Part shown: piece after piece, positions 1 to 13,900 of the stretch
Layout of the letters: each line of letters starts with the position of its first letter
Position numbering within the stretch: the stretch's first letter is position 1
Assembly: GCF_002105155.1 (NCBI RefSeq)
Contig: NW_019029023.1
Span: forward strand, 186,001 to 250,000
DNA from: Lobosporangium transversale
Taxonomy: Eukaryota
Direction of reading: 5' to 3'
DNA: 64,000 bases
Made by a program: the position numbers and the translations under genes
Notes under the pieces: generated by a model
What the model was told of the DNA's origin: nothing
Seen by the model: the letters and a program-made list of their open reading frames with translations, nothing else
Databases searched by the model: none

Positions 1-53
1 GAAAAGATTTGCTTATACTTTATTTATTTTCTCTGTAATAATGGCATTCACAG

Positions 54-3000
54 TACGAGTCAGGCCGTTCAGCCCTGCGGAGCAAGCACTGCTACCGCGA
101 GCATCTACCAATAAGTTCAACTTTTCAGCAGACGCTTCTCTCTCCAGTGGGTTTGGGTCGGTTGGTCATGGTCGTCCTGGAGATTTGTACAATATGCATT
201 CAGGGAATACTAGTAGCGGAGCAAAATCCTCAGGAAGTAGTAGTAGTAACAACACTAGCAATGGGCATTCAGCAAAGAGCATTCGTAAAATAGTGGATGT
301 ACTGGATGACAACGTCCTTGTTTTCGATCCACCAGATGCAGAAAGCATATCTAAATACAAGCGCGCTTTACTACCAGTACAGGCTTATCGTCGATTCAAA
401 GATATGCGCTATGCCTTTGATCGTGTCTTTCATGAGGACTCTCAACAACAGGAAGTAAGGCCAAGGATTTTTAATTTTATTCCCCTCATCATAGTAGTCG
501 CCTATTGACCCTTGTTTTGCTTATGTTAGTAAACCATTAACCTATCCTTGGACATTGTCCATATATATATATTTTTAGGTCTTTGAAAACACAACGAGGC
601 ATTTGATTGATGGAGTTCTGAGCGGCTACAATGGGACGCTCTTTGCCTATGGAGCTACAGGATGTGGAAAGACTCATACTATCAGTGGTACTCCTGAGAA
701 GCCTGGTATAATCTTCCTCACTATGCAGGAACTCTATGAACGTATCAAGGAAGTCGAGGATGAAAAGACTATTGAAATCTCCGTATCATATCTAGAGGTG
801 TACAATGAAACTATTCGAGACCTTCTAGTAAAACCGAGCTCGAGCACTCCAAAGAACACATCATTACATCTCAGAGAGGACTCATCAAGGAGGGTAACTA
901 TTGCGGGGCTGTCGGAGCATCATCCGAAAGGAGTAAGTTTGTCATGCTTAGTTGAAAGAGACATTAGATGAGAATATAATTCTTATATATCTTTTCTGCA
1001 ATTAATCAATTGCCCAATCATCTAATTAATTAACAGATAGATGCGCTGATGGAGCTTGTTTTTATGGGCAATGAGAACAGGACCATGTCTCCGACAGAAG
1101 CCAATGCAACGTCCTCTCGTTCACATGCTGTCCTCCAAATCAACATTTGTCAAAGACTCAAAACTGCCGATGTATCGGAGGATTTTACTATGGCCACTCT
1201 CTCTTTGATCGACTTGGCAGGAAGTGAGCGCGCATCTGCAACGAAGAATCGAGGAAGTCGATTAATTGAAGGTAAATATATAGAATGAAAAAAGAGTATA
1301 CCATACTCTCTTCTGATATAAGGAGAAAATGGATATTCTATACTAAAACAGAGCACTATTATGCCTTTTTTTCATTTAAAAAATTATTAGGTGCAAACAT
1401 CAACAAATCGCTACTGGCTCTCGGTAACTGCATCAACGCACTTTGTGAAAATAAACCAAAGTCGCATATACCATACCGGGACAGCAAACTCACACGACTA
1501 CTCAAATTTTCACTTGGTGGCAACTGTAAGACGGTCATGATTGCCTGTGTCAGTCCATCTAGCCAACATTACGAGGAAACACACAACACACTCAAATATG
1601 CGAATCGAGCCAAGAACATTAAAACAAAGCTTACAAAGAACACTCTTAATGTTGATCGACATGTCTCTGAATATGTTCAAGCGATCTTTGAACTCCGACA
1701 GGAGGTAGCAGATCTAAAAAGAAAACTTCAGCAAGAAGCCAAAGCTGAAAGTCGGGAGAAAGCGCATCAGAGACATGAGCAACTGGATCGAGAATTTGAT
1801 GAGACAGTCAGGAAGATGAGAGCCACTTTCCAAACTGCACGTTCACAGGAATCAACTTATGCTCAACTACAATCGCAGTTGTTCATAGCCTCAGCTCGAC
1901 TCTCGGGATTATATCGATGGAGAAAAGCATTCGATGAGGCATCAGGAGCAGCCAAAAGACACCATGAACGAATGGAGCAGGAAAGAGAGTTGTCGTGCAC
2001 TAATCAAGAGGAGTCAGAAGAAGGCACGATGGCAATAGCGGCGGCAGCAGCACGAGCAAAAAAGCTACAGAGCTCCCTCAGCGCATCATCATCGTACACT
2101 AACATGGTGGATCAAATGATTCAAGATTTGAATACACAAATAAGACAGCTGACAGAGCAGATGCAGGAGCATGAAGATGCACTTAAAATGTATGCAGTTT
2201 CGATTCAGTCAATGGAAAACAAAGATAGTCCAATTTTGAATGCAGGATTTCCTTTTCAAAGACTTTATGAGCTCGAAAAGAAGTGTCAGGTGCTGGAATC
2301 ACACAACAAAATTCTTACCAAAAAATTGGAGCTTTCGGACAAATCACTGAGTGAACAGTTTTTGGCGACAGAGGACTTTATGGAGCTTAGTGCTCGTTCA
2401 TTAGTGGGGCTTCGACCTGAGATTGAGACGATAGAACAAGCAGGCTTGCCAACCAAGACCCTTAATGATATATATATGGCATCCATAACAAGTTTCACAG
2501 ATATGACCAAACGGGTGGGCTCATTCCAATCATATGATCAACGGAACTGGAACTCTTCGGGAATCAATAGAAACGATAATAGCAACAATAGTAGCAGTGG
2601 CGGTGGTGGTGATGGTACCAATAGTTGCGGCTCTACCAGTACTAGCAGCTGGCACATGTCTGTACCGAGCTCACCATTCAAACGGGATGGAGCAGCAAAT
2701 TTCGTAGGCCTTGACGGGTCACGGATGATGTCGATTTTGCCAGAAGTGCCTTCGACACCTGTTAAACGTCGTCAAAACTCGGCCAGCCACGTCCTTCCTA
2801 ACCTATCTATGGACACTGTCGACACGAATCTGGCGCTTGGATCCAGCAGTCTCTTCGGTAGCCAATCACCTGTTCGGATATACCATGAACGTACTCAAAT
2901 GGGCAGTGGTAATAGCAGTAGTAGTCCTCAGAACCCGTTCCAAGTAACGGAGAAAGCACCTTTCTCATCGCTCACCAAACACCGCAATAGCATTCCACTT

Positions 3001-3705
3001 CCTCGTAGGAAATCCATACCAATGACTGGAGTTGTCTTCTCACCCAAACGACGACGCCCGCGTGGGGGATTACGACAACCTCGGTTGGCTCCTACACCTA
3101 CAAAACGAAGCGTCAATTTCTTACTAGATATTGTAGATGAGGATGAGGAACGGTATACTACAGGCCTGCGTGACCCATCTGCACCTATTATCCGACCTAC
3201 ACCATTCCCGTCACTCTCCTCTTTAAAAAATGACAGCCCGCCATCGTTCCCTCCAACCACAGGACAAATCAAACTTGGGATGGGAGGAGGAGCAAAGAGA
3301 CTGGCCCCTGTTAGTAACAACACCAACAATAGCAACAATAGCGGTGGTAACAGTAATAGTGGTAGTGGTAGTGGTTCTGGAGGTACTGGAAACAGTAGAC
3401 TTTTCTCTAATAAGGCAGCAACAAAAGGAGAGACATCAAAAGGGCTTCAGTCTCAGCGAGTTAATTCATCATCGTCACCTAGCGGATTATTTAACGCATT
3501 TTCATCTTCTTCACAAGCTTCATCTAGCCCATCGAAGAGACCTTGGTCAACAGAGAAAGGAGCTCTTGATCGTAACACAAAGAGAGCCAAAGGTTCGCCT
3601 TTGGCAAATGGAAACTCCGCTCCTATCTTTGGTGTTTCAGCCGCAACTGCAGCACGAATCGCTAGACGAATGAGCTCTGCGTCAGCATCAAATCAAGCAA
3701 CATGA
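54..3705 (+). CDS. KIP3: Kinesin-8 family motor (Kip3/Klp5/Klp6-like), multi-exon, probably 5'-incomplete
   Basis: Motor motifs [24 protein letters not shown] (P-loop), [19 protein letters not shown] and [26 protein letters not shown], followed by coiled coil and a low-complexity tail. GT-AG introns at about 455-578, 934-1036 and 1272-1390. A CAG acceptor at 51-53 suggests a further upstream exon rather than a start at the ATG at 41. Confidence 0.92.
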
Positions 3706-3720
3706 GGGATTGCAACTATT

Positions 3721-3762
<42 letters not shown>

Positions 3763-3941
3763 ATATATTTTTATTTGAATTGAAAGAGGGGGGAAACTGT
3801 ATAATGGAATGTATGAGTAGAAATAAAAATAACTATGTTACAATACAATAAAGATATGCAAATGCTGATTTCCTATATTTTTTTTTGTTTCCTCCGCTCA
3901 GAGCAAACTGGGTTTGGCTTGCTGTTTTGCTGTGGCTCGAC

Positions 3942-6900
3942 CTACTTGGGTGCTAACAGCTCCTCCTTCAACCAAATATCGTATCTACTCAGGTATCCAT
4001 GATAATGGACCTTGTATTCATACACGTCTTGCAATGTTTTGTGCTCTCTCATCGCTATAATTTCCGCATCAAACATCTCATCATTCTCTGCAGGTGCATC
4101 GACCTCATCTCCCACTTTGAATTTGGGAGGCACTCTATTCGGTAACTTCGCCGGTTTTCGACGCCTTCCCACTCTAGCCAAGAGGTCTTCCGAATCGAAA
4201 AGCCTCTCTTCCAGTCTAACTGAGGCGGGTTTTTTACGTCTAGCCGCCACAGATGATTCCTGTAATTGTTTCAACTCTTCAACAAGATCTGTGTCTTTGC
4301 GCTCACAGCCATTCAGTCCTTCATCGTTCTCATCCTTGCTCCTGTTCTTGCTGTTGCCCATATTCTTGTACTTATTTTTAACCTTGCCCTGTGATAGCGG
4401 TTCCGGATTCTTCAAAAGTCCTGTGCTATTGTTTGAATTAGTCATCCTGGATGATTCTCTTCCAGAGTTTACGATTGGCTCTAAAGAGGCTGTTGCCCCC
4501 TCAGTATCCGATTTTTGGATTGCCTTGGTGCGTGAACGAGCTGATCGCACGTCCATGTCTGGTTCGATGGGTATGATGCTGTCCTTAATGCTCCATTGCA
4601 GTAAACTCTCTACCTGTTTGTTTTTCTTGAGCTCCTGTGACAAATAGCTCTGTAATGATGATGTAACCTTTGATGCTGCACCTTGTAATGGTGATAACTG
4701 GTGTGATAATGTATCCGATGCCGACATTTCAGTCGGCACTGGTCCTGTAGTCTGTATCAGCGCTGTTGCCTGCGAAGCAGAAACTGTGAGCTCGTCAACG
4801 TTGGAAGCGCTTTCGGCATCTTCCGACTTTACACAACCGTGGTCAGGAGGCTTCTGGTGCACCGACACCTCTGCTTCGAGGACTGGAGAAATTGTATTAG
4901 GATCGCGCTCCTTGGGCTCTATATAGCCGCTCGTTGTAGGGAGAGTTGATAATTCCGTGGGTGGGACGGTTGATTCGATTGCTGAAAGAGATTCCACAGA
5001 CCTACTTCGCTTAAAATCTTGTGAAAATCCATCAACATCAACTTCTGAGCCCTCAATATCAATTTCTGGGCTTAATCGCTTTTTGTCCAGCCTTGCACGG
5101 CTCCTAGTAGATACGCTGTCGTTATGCATACTGCCTTCATCAAGCAGGCTGTTGAAGATACTCCACTCTTGCAGTCTTTCGAGCTCTGTTCTAACTTTTT
5201 TGGCGATTTTTGGCTTTGATGTGGTCGACGGTGGTTGTTGCAGCTGTAAATGCCCCTTTCTATCACGAGATTTTCGATTCCGATTTCGATTCTGGTTTAG
5301 AGACTGGGTAAGTTTGTGATGTGCACGAGATTCTTGGCACTGGGCCAATTTAATAGATGTCGGAGATGATATCGATTCATTTAAATTCCTTGTTCGAATG
5401 GGTATTGGGGGAGATTGTGAGCGTGCAAGACCAGACCTTGTTCTGCTAGAGCCCTTATCATCATCAAGTATGCTGCCCTTAATAGTCCATTCCCGTAGCC
5501 GATCGAGCTCCATACGTGCAAGAGGGCGGCGACCAGCCTTTGATTTTAGTAATTCGGTGCTTTGGGAAGTTGAAGGCAAGACGGGGTCTTCACCGCTATT
5601 TGCCACTGCAGTCTCCACCGCCTCTTGTACAGAACTTTCAAACAGAAGGGTGTCCATATTTTGATTATCCGATGACGAGCTGACCTTTATTCTCTTAAAT
5701 TGATGAGCGCTAATAGTCTCAGTCAACATTCCTTCATGGATAGCATCAGATGGTAGTCTCTTGCGCTTGTGTGACACTTTCCTGTCCCCTGCTAAACTTA
5801 ACTGCTCTGAAGACTTAGGTGCAGAGCCTATAAGGGAAACTTCAATATCAGCAATTATGCACTCTGTATCCTTATCCCTCTCGTCAATAGGTGAGCTTGC
5901 AGATGATGGTAAGAGTGAAGAGACTTCGCTCAAATCAGACGAAGGGGGCGATGAAAGACTGCTCTCGCTCCTACTTGAATCAGTGTCGATGATATTAACA
6001 TATTCATCGGTATCATATTCATTATCGGATTTGTGCTTGCCCAGGGCTGTTGCATACTTAGATGGGTTGTTGTTTTTCTTAGGACACACTGTAATAGTCT
6101 TAGATATGCTCCCTTTGTTGTTACATGGAGCTGAGACATCAGTTGTGATAATAGTAGCGCAGCTACTATCGCCTTCCTCAAGAACAGATTTTGCTTTTCG
6201 AATATTCTTCATGAGCTGAAGTCCTCTCTGATTTGACATTGGTCGTTTCGAAAAAGCCCGTGGTGTGAGAGGTTCCAAAATATTTGGTAATGACGGAAAC
6301 CGGACAGGAAGTAGCTGAACAATGATACGATGCGAGGGTATGCTACGTCTCTCAGCTTCCGTCGACTGAAGCTCTTTCTCTAGTCTCGGTAAGTCAAATC
6401 GTTTTGCAGAGCGTATTTGTCGGGTTGTATAAGCGACAGGCGGCCACCAAACAACTGTAGATCTTGCGTCTTTTTTGAGCACACTGACGTCTGATGCAGG
6501 AGTAGATGAAACCTGTCCAATAACTTCTTGTCCAGCCTGCGCCTTGACTAGTGCGTCTCCTTTCGCGTGATTACAGTTTCGATTCTGCTTGGGTTTAGTT
6601 GCTGACTCAAGAGCCCTATTGTTGGTCGGTAGGTCAACGGTGTTTTCGTTGGTCGCTGTATCAAGAGCAGCCTGAATAGCAGAATTAAGAGCCACCTTAG
6701 CCGATTCCTGTAGCTTTTTTTCCGCAGCAAGTTTAGCCAAGGTTTTCTTGCCTAGACCGCGCACACCTTTACGCTTCACGGGCTCCAGCGGCGGTATGTT
6801 CAATGCAGATGCGGAAGACGGAGAATCCGTCGAGGTAGTCAAGCCAGAACTTTGAGATATCATCTCCGGACTAAAATTTGGATGGTACTGGGTTGATATT

Positions 6901-9900
6901 GGAGGGATATGTGAGCCCGAGGGCTGAAACTGTTCCTGATTTTCGATCCCGGTCGATTGGTAAATTGGCTGATGACGCAGTTGTGATTGGCCTTGGTCTT
7001 CCCGAATTAGCTGCTGCTGGGAATGTGATAAATAATAAGCGGCTTGAACTTCCTCACCAGGGAGCTGTATGTTAAGGTGTGGAGGCATAGGTCTAGAAGG
7101 CTGCAAAGGTTGGAGATGCTTGTGCTGCAAACCTAAATCATAAGAGGTATTTTTTTGAATAGACGGCTGTACTCCCTGTCCTTGATTATAGTGTACAAGA
7201 TGCTTCCGGTGCCAGAAATTTCGTTCTTCAATCCGGGCCTCAATCCCCTTTATAAACATGGCTACCTCTGCCAATGACAATTGATTATCGCATGTCATAT
7301 GGCGCCAAGGCAATCCGGCTGGCACATCCCCATTCAAGAAGGCAAGCGCTCTCTTGACACCAAGATTCTTAACGAATTCTCTCCCAAATGTACTGATATA
7401 TCCACGGTAAGGCTCCTGGTCGGGATGGAACAATCTTAGACCAGAGATGTTGCAGATCGAATATTTATAGTCTTCGAGGAATCGGACGACAACCAAGTCT
7501 GGATCTAAAGTGCCATCTTTTCGTGCAACGAGTTCTGGCATCGTAGCGTCCAGTTGACTTCGTGGTACCGTCACTGCAATCCACCAAAACCTGGTCTCGT
7601 CACCATCCTGGGGATCGACGAAGACAACATATGGTGAATGATGAAAGGGATGACCATCTGTGATAATCGAGCTCAGATGACGTCCTACGTTATTCTCTGA
7701 ATTTAAGGCAACAGGGACTGAATAGGTTTCATTGTCTTCTAACCTGCTTGGGATTGGTGGTACTGTTGAACAATTTGAATTGGTTGATGAAAAAATATAT
7801 TGCATGGGAATGCTTTGTCCCGTGTTGTTCTCAAATAGCCCCAAAACAGGAAAAGGAGGAGGCATATCTGGTCCATAGTTCTGATATTGCTCCACGGATA
7901 AACAAGACGGCAAAGAAGATGACAGTTGAGTTTTTTTTGGTTTTGGATTTTTCTTTCGAGGCGGTTTTGTTTGGCCAGGGCGAGATATTCCCTCCTGTCT
8001 AACACGTTCCTTCTCAAAGGCTGCTGCTGCCCGCGCTTCTGCCTTGAGCTGTTCTTGTTTGGTTTTGGCTTCTGCCTTTGCAGTCATTCGTGCCGCCTCA
8101 GCTGCAAGTTTTTTCTTCTTTAAATTTTCTGCCTCCAATGCTGCTTGAGCTGCTTTTAGCTTCATCGCCTCCTATGAGAAAACGAAGTAAAGCAAGACAC
8201 AGTATCAGTCTCATGAAATTGGATATGCTCCATCACTAAACTGCATTCACGTCTCTGGCTGCTTCGCTGCTGAATTTACCTCTCGTTCGGCTTTACGGAT
8301 CTTTGCAACGATTGCTTGGCTATTCCTTGAGGGCCATTTCACGCCGTAGATTAAGAAATGTCGATGACATCTCCGGCAATCTTTTGAAACAGATATTTCA
8401 TGCTTATGTATTTTGGACTTACACGTATTACATTCAGCCGACTCGGATACGATCTCAGCCTCTGTCACAGCCTTATCATCACTCAATGGCCTAATATCAG
8501 TCGAAACTGGATCCTGATTCTGATTTTGTTGCATAGTTCTTCCGCTTTGTGTAATTATAGCTCCATGATCAACCGAGCTACTGTTACTAGAACTTCTTGG
8601 TACAGTAGTCCGCACTGAGCTGTGACAAAGAAAATCTATGGACATACGAAAATTCTTCGTAGAATATGATGGCGTGTGTTCTTCTACATCTGAAATGACA
8701 TTTTGTTCGCTGTTGACCAATACTGACGGGCTATCATACTGTTGATCCCTAGGGTTCATTTCGTTCGTGTCTGTGATTCGCAAAAGCATCATGGAAGACA
8801 CTAAGGATGAGTCCAAGTCATCCAACGATTCCCCCTCGCCTTCCGGCATTGAAATTGGAGTGGCACTTGAGTATGGTGTAAAGCTGTCCCCAGCCTGTTC
8901 AGGGTCATCGTTACTGTCGGTATCTTTCTGGGATATAGGGGTGAGAGGTCCTGCAACGCTCGGAATAGTGTCTGATTCGACAGGATGCGTTGTAGCCCTT
9001 GATCGTGTCCGCGTCCCCTTCTTGGCCGATCGACTGAACAATGTCGGATAATAATTCACTATTCATCGAATAAAGTAAATCAATAAATAACAATGCCTTA
9101 AATATTAATTTCACAGCAAACAAAAAAATAAAAAAAAAATAAAAAAAAATAAAAAATCACACTGAAAAAATACCTTGTTTGCCCCGATTCCTTAATCTCC
9201 TGCTCGGGGGACCTTCTTCTGCTACAGGCGTTAGAGATGGGCTAAGAGGCTCTTCTTGTTCATCGTCAATTTTTACTTTGTATCCGCCGCGACCAAGTCT
9301 AGGTTATATTGAGGTATCTACTGTCAAAATACTGATGGTCTCATGATGTCATGATAGTAAAAAATACACATTGCATCGCAGGTTATGCTTTTACCGTAAT
9401 AGACATACTTTTCGCAAGTTGCACAAAGACACTCTTGGTTGTTAGTTCCAAAGTAATTGTCGCCGTAATGCGTGGTAATTTCGTCATTTACGTTTATCGG
9501 TTTCAAGACCTTGAAATAGATGACATTAGCGCCTGCTGACATGAAGCTGCAATTAGGATCGCAGTCGTGCTATTCGAAGCGGACCAATACGTACAGTTGA
9601 GTACCTTTTTCAAAAAAAAAAAAAAAAAAAAGCTTCAGATTCAAAAAGAAGAAGTTGATATGGTTTATTACGTTGACAAAGCGGGCTGGTCCAAGGAATA
9701 GACATGTTCCTTTCCGACTTGTCTTGATGACACTAAAGTCGCTAGTCCTGTTCTCTAGATCTTTCTCTTCCTGTTCATTCAAGTTGGCGATGGTGCCTGC
9801 ACAATAGCGAAGTTCATTTCCGACTTCGAAAGGCCGATTGGCGATGACGCATGCTTCTGACTTGTTGGTGACGGATGAATAACGATCTGTATGTGAAATT

Positions 9901-10469
9901 TCGAATCCAGCTGTTGGCAAATAAATGCTGAGGTAGCGCCGAGCATGTCTACGGAGAAGTGAACCGGTAAAAAATGCGGGTTTAAATTTTTCAGTTTGAG
10001 ATTAATTAGTGGCGCTTTTCCTTTTACTTTTTTGTCGCGTTGTCTCGGAACTTTTTCTGTGATGCAGCATTATAATTCAAATTAATATGCCGGGTAATTA
10101 ACATACGTTGTAAAGTCTTGAATCTCTTTCTCTGTCTGGAAAAGTTTTTTGAAAAATTCAATGCTAAAAAGAATAAAAAAGAGAAAATGTTTGTTTATTA
10201 CATATTAGAATGGAGGTGAACTTCATGAATTAAACTTCGATCATGAAGTGTATATATCATTCAACCTACTCCAGTAAATCCTTAATCGCCTCAGTTACTT
10301 TACGCTCCACAATAACTCTACGTTGAATGATTTCAAGGATCTTGTCTTGGTTCAGGCGCAGGGGACGATAGTCCTTATTCATTTTGTGCGTCTGAAACCA
10401 CAAAGAAACCCCATCGAGTAAAACATCTGACAACAAATCATCGAGTGTCGACAATGTTTGCAGATCCAT
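3942..10469 (-). CDS. SET9: Histone H4K20 methyltransferase Set9/KMT5 (~1,900+ aa, 7 exons) with C-terminal PWWP-like and Tudor-knot/chromo-barrel domains
   Basis: Spliced reading gives MDLQTLSTLDDLLSDVLLD...HARRYLSIYLPTAGFEI...FSVIKTSRK...LFLGPARFVN|HDCDPNC...EITTHYGDNYFG..NQECLCATCEK (SUV4-20/Set9 SET and post-SET). CRRCHRHFLIYGVKWP resembles a motif in fungal Set9 proteins. A phase-0 intron at 8279-8172 joins the 270-aa ORF to the 1407-aa ORF in frame. Confidence 0.88.
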
Positions 10470-10633
10470 GATTCCTTGCCACCTGAACGCACTCACATGC
10501 ACTCACACGACAGGTGTAAAATACTAATTAATAACTGGTTGCCCTTATAATTCTGCTTCGTATTGCTGCGCTTGTCTGTGCTGTTTGTATAAAAAAAAAA
10601 GAGAGAGATAACACGTAATAATAAGTTTTTTTG

Positions 10634-10665
<32 letters not shown>

Positions 10666-10988
10666 AGGGTGGCAAAGCGAATAACATTTTCAGGAGTTTA
10701 AAACAAAAGAAAAACAGTCGCAATGAGCACACAAATGTTTGATTACGTTCATGCAGAGAAATTATAGGCGCTTACACGTCTATTCTCTTGGATAGAGAGA
10801 AATGGAGTCTTTCAAATGGAACATTGCAAATGTGAATAGACAAAAGGAGAAAATGTTTCGGAGAACTGATGGACTGCAAGCATGTTTGTGACTGCTACCA
10901 TCTCTAGCATGGCTCATGGGTTCTTTTTTTACTTTTTTATTTATCCCCTTACTACCAACTACATCACTCCCATGCTACTGCGGTAATT

Positions 10989-13900
10989 ATGGCCTCACAT
11001 ATATATAGACAGCATCCCAACCACAGGTCCACTGACACTGATGACAGCACATTAGACGACAGAGCACATTTGCAAGACCCACTTGGATTCTCTCCGACTA
11101 TATCAGAGCCCTTGTTCCTACACCAGTCAAACTCCGACAATGTATCACATATTGCCCCCCCACAACAAGCTCATGATCCCCCATTGATGCCGCTGTTCAC
11201 TCCAGTACTCCAAGATTTTCAGAATAGATATGGGCCCAACAGCATTCTACACCAGCAACAGCAACAGCAACAGCAGCACCGTCAATACCCATATGAACAT
11301 ATCCTTGAAGATACAGAAGGTGGAGAAAACCTTAGCAATGACAACGGCACTGACAGCGGTAGCCCTCCTGACTTTCACGAAACGTTCAAAGGCAGCTATG
11401 GCGATGGCCATGACGATGACGATGACCACGAGTTAGATACAGAGGCGTTATCTCGTCGGAACCTTCTGTTCGATAGAAAAACTGGAAGACAATCCAATAA
11501 CATCTATAACTCAGATGCAGTCATAGCGGGCTCAGGACTCTTTGGTAGCTCAAAGAGCCCTCAAACACCACATTCTTCGTCCGATCCATTCACCTTTAAA
11601 AGCAATAAAAGCAGCAATGGCAGTAGCCAAACACATACAAGTCGTAGTGACCCGTCACATCGGAGGTCTAACCCTGACTTAGGTATGGAGCATGAAGTAC
11701 CTGCATCGCTTATGATTGAAATGAATCACCAGCAACAGGATGAGGATGACAACGCGGGTTACTGGAACTTCGGTGATAGAGCTAGGAGACGACTAGGCTA
11801 TAAACGGCCAGGAATGAATGCTGCCGAATTGGCCATGTGGAAGTGGGTCAATGTTGAAAACTTGGATAATTTTCTAACCAGGGTATGTTTTATTTTTTTA
11901 TAATTTATTTTTTTACTTTTTTCCTATGCGTGCATGTGAGTTCAAGAAATTGTGTTGAATTAGAACCGAACATTTTGATACTTACAAAAGTTTTTTTTAT
12001 TCAATCTAAAAAAAAAAGGTATACGATTACTATGTTGGCAAGGGCATTTATACGATTCTACTCGAAAGGTGCTTGAACCTATTGTAAGCACTTTGCCTCC
12101 ATCTCGTATTTTATGTTTTGTAACCTGTACAAAATATCTTGTTTCTGTCCATGAATAATTTATATTCTGAGCATTGTGTAACTATAGAACGTTTGCATTT
12201 GTTATTGGATTCGCGACATTCTTGATTGGCTGTGTTGACTATCCCAAGCTGCGACACTCAAAAAACATGGACCAGATCTTAATATCCCAATGTTTTCATC
12301 AGTAAGGAATTTAAAAGTTCTGTTCAAACCTTACTTCGTCATAAAAAGAGAAGTCGTATCATTACAATTTTAAGGAGATGTTTGCAAACGTATACCCGTA
12401 TCGCTTACAAAGTATTATCACGAATGGTCTTATGATTTATGCTGGATCATACAGGTTGCCGACGGGAACTTTTATCCTGCTGTTACTCTTCGCCGCGTTT
12501 TGGGTGGGTCAGCTGACGAGGCTCATATATGATATTCCAGAGATGGTCGACATGTGTAATTTTTACACTTATCTTCTCATGATCCCTGATGTAGGTTTTC
12601 CTGGTCACCGCACGAATATTAGAATTTCCCTAGCCTTGATAAACAGCGCTAACCTATCTTCTCCCTGACACCTATTAATTGCCAATTATACTTTTATAGG
12701 CAGACATACAAACTGTATCATGGCATGAGGTCGTCAATCGAATTATCAAAATTCGTGACGACAATCCCAATACTACTACAGCAGCCACTATTCAGACAAC
12801 TGATCGACAGCGCATGAATGCTCACGACATTGCAAATAGAATTATGCGCAAGGAGAACTACATGGTTGCTATATTTAATAAGGAGCTCATTAATTTGTCC
12901 CCCCCTGTGCCATTACTCCGTAATCGCACGATCCTGACGCGTATTCTAGAATGGAGCCTGAGTTTTTGTATTTTGGGATATGTTTTTGACGAACGTGGTC
13001 AAGTCCGGAAACGCTTTCTAAAGGATACTCGACGGGGGGAGCTGGCTGACGGGTAAATACGCTCATTTAATATGGCATTACGTAGACATGGACTAAAACG
13101 TTCAGGACAAAAGACTCACTCTATACCAATCGTATTTGTAGACTCCGGAGGCGGTTTCAATTCATGGGTCTTGCTACTATTCTATTTTCTCCCTTCATAT
13201 CGATTTACCTTATGTTGTACTTCTTCTTCCGTTACTTTGAGGTAAATATGCGTCATATTTTTATTCTTTTTTATTCCTGGTTTCTATTATGGTTATTATT
13301 GAGGCTATATCTTAACTCATAGATACTTTTCCGACTCTTGGTTTTATAGGAGTATCACAAGAACCCAAGCTCAATTGGCACTAGACAGTATACTCCACTG
13401 GCAAAATGGAAATTCAAAGAGTTTAATGAATTACCACATCTATTTGAGGCTAGAATCAATGCTAGCTATCCATTGGCAATGAAATACATCAACCAGTTCC
13501 CAAAAGAAAAAACGATTTTGGTTTGCAGGTCAGGATAAGGGTCATACTAGAACTCTATTACTCTATTACCAGAAGAAAAAAAAAAAAAAAAAAAAAATAG
13601 TATAAAGAAACTAACGTTAAATAATATATTGGTACCTCTTTTAGATTCGTTGCCTTCATTTCGGGCTCCTTTGCAGCAGTCTTGGCGCTTTTCACCCTGT
13701 TCGATCAAGATCTCCTACTTGGCTTTGAGATCACTCCAGAAAAAACAGTATTCTTCTATCTTGGACTTTTTGGTACGATGATGGCAGTCAGTCGAGGCAT
13801 GATCCCTGATCAAACAGAGAGCTTTGATCCGGAATTACTCCTCCGTGGCGTGGTTGAACACACGCATTATATGCCAAATGAATGGCGGGATAAACTTCAC

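Noticed and set aside
4012..6219. Long plus-strand ORFs (211, 120, 88 and 152 aa)
   Set aside because: Antisense shadows of the Set9 coding exon with no independent motifs. The same applies to antisense ORFs over the kinesin, DIP2-like, C2H2 and helicase genes.
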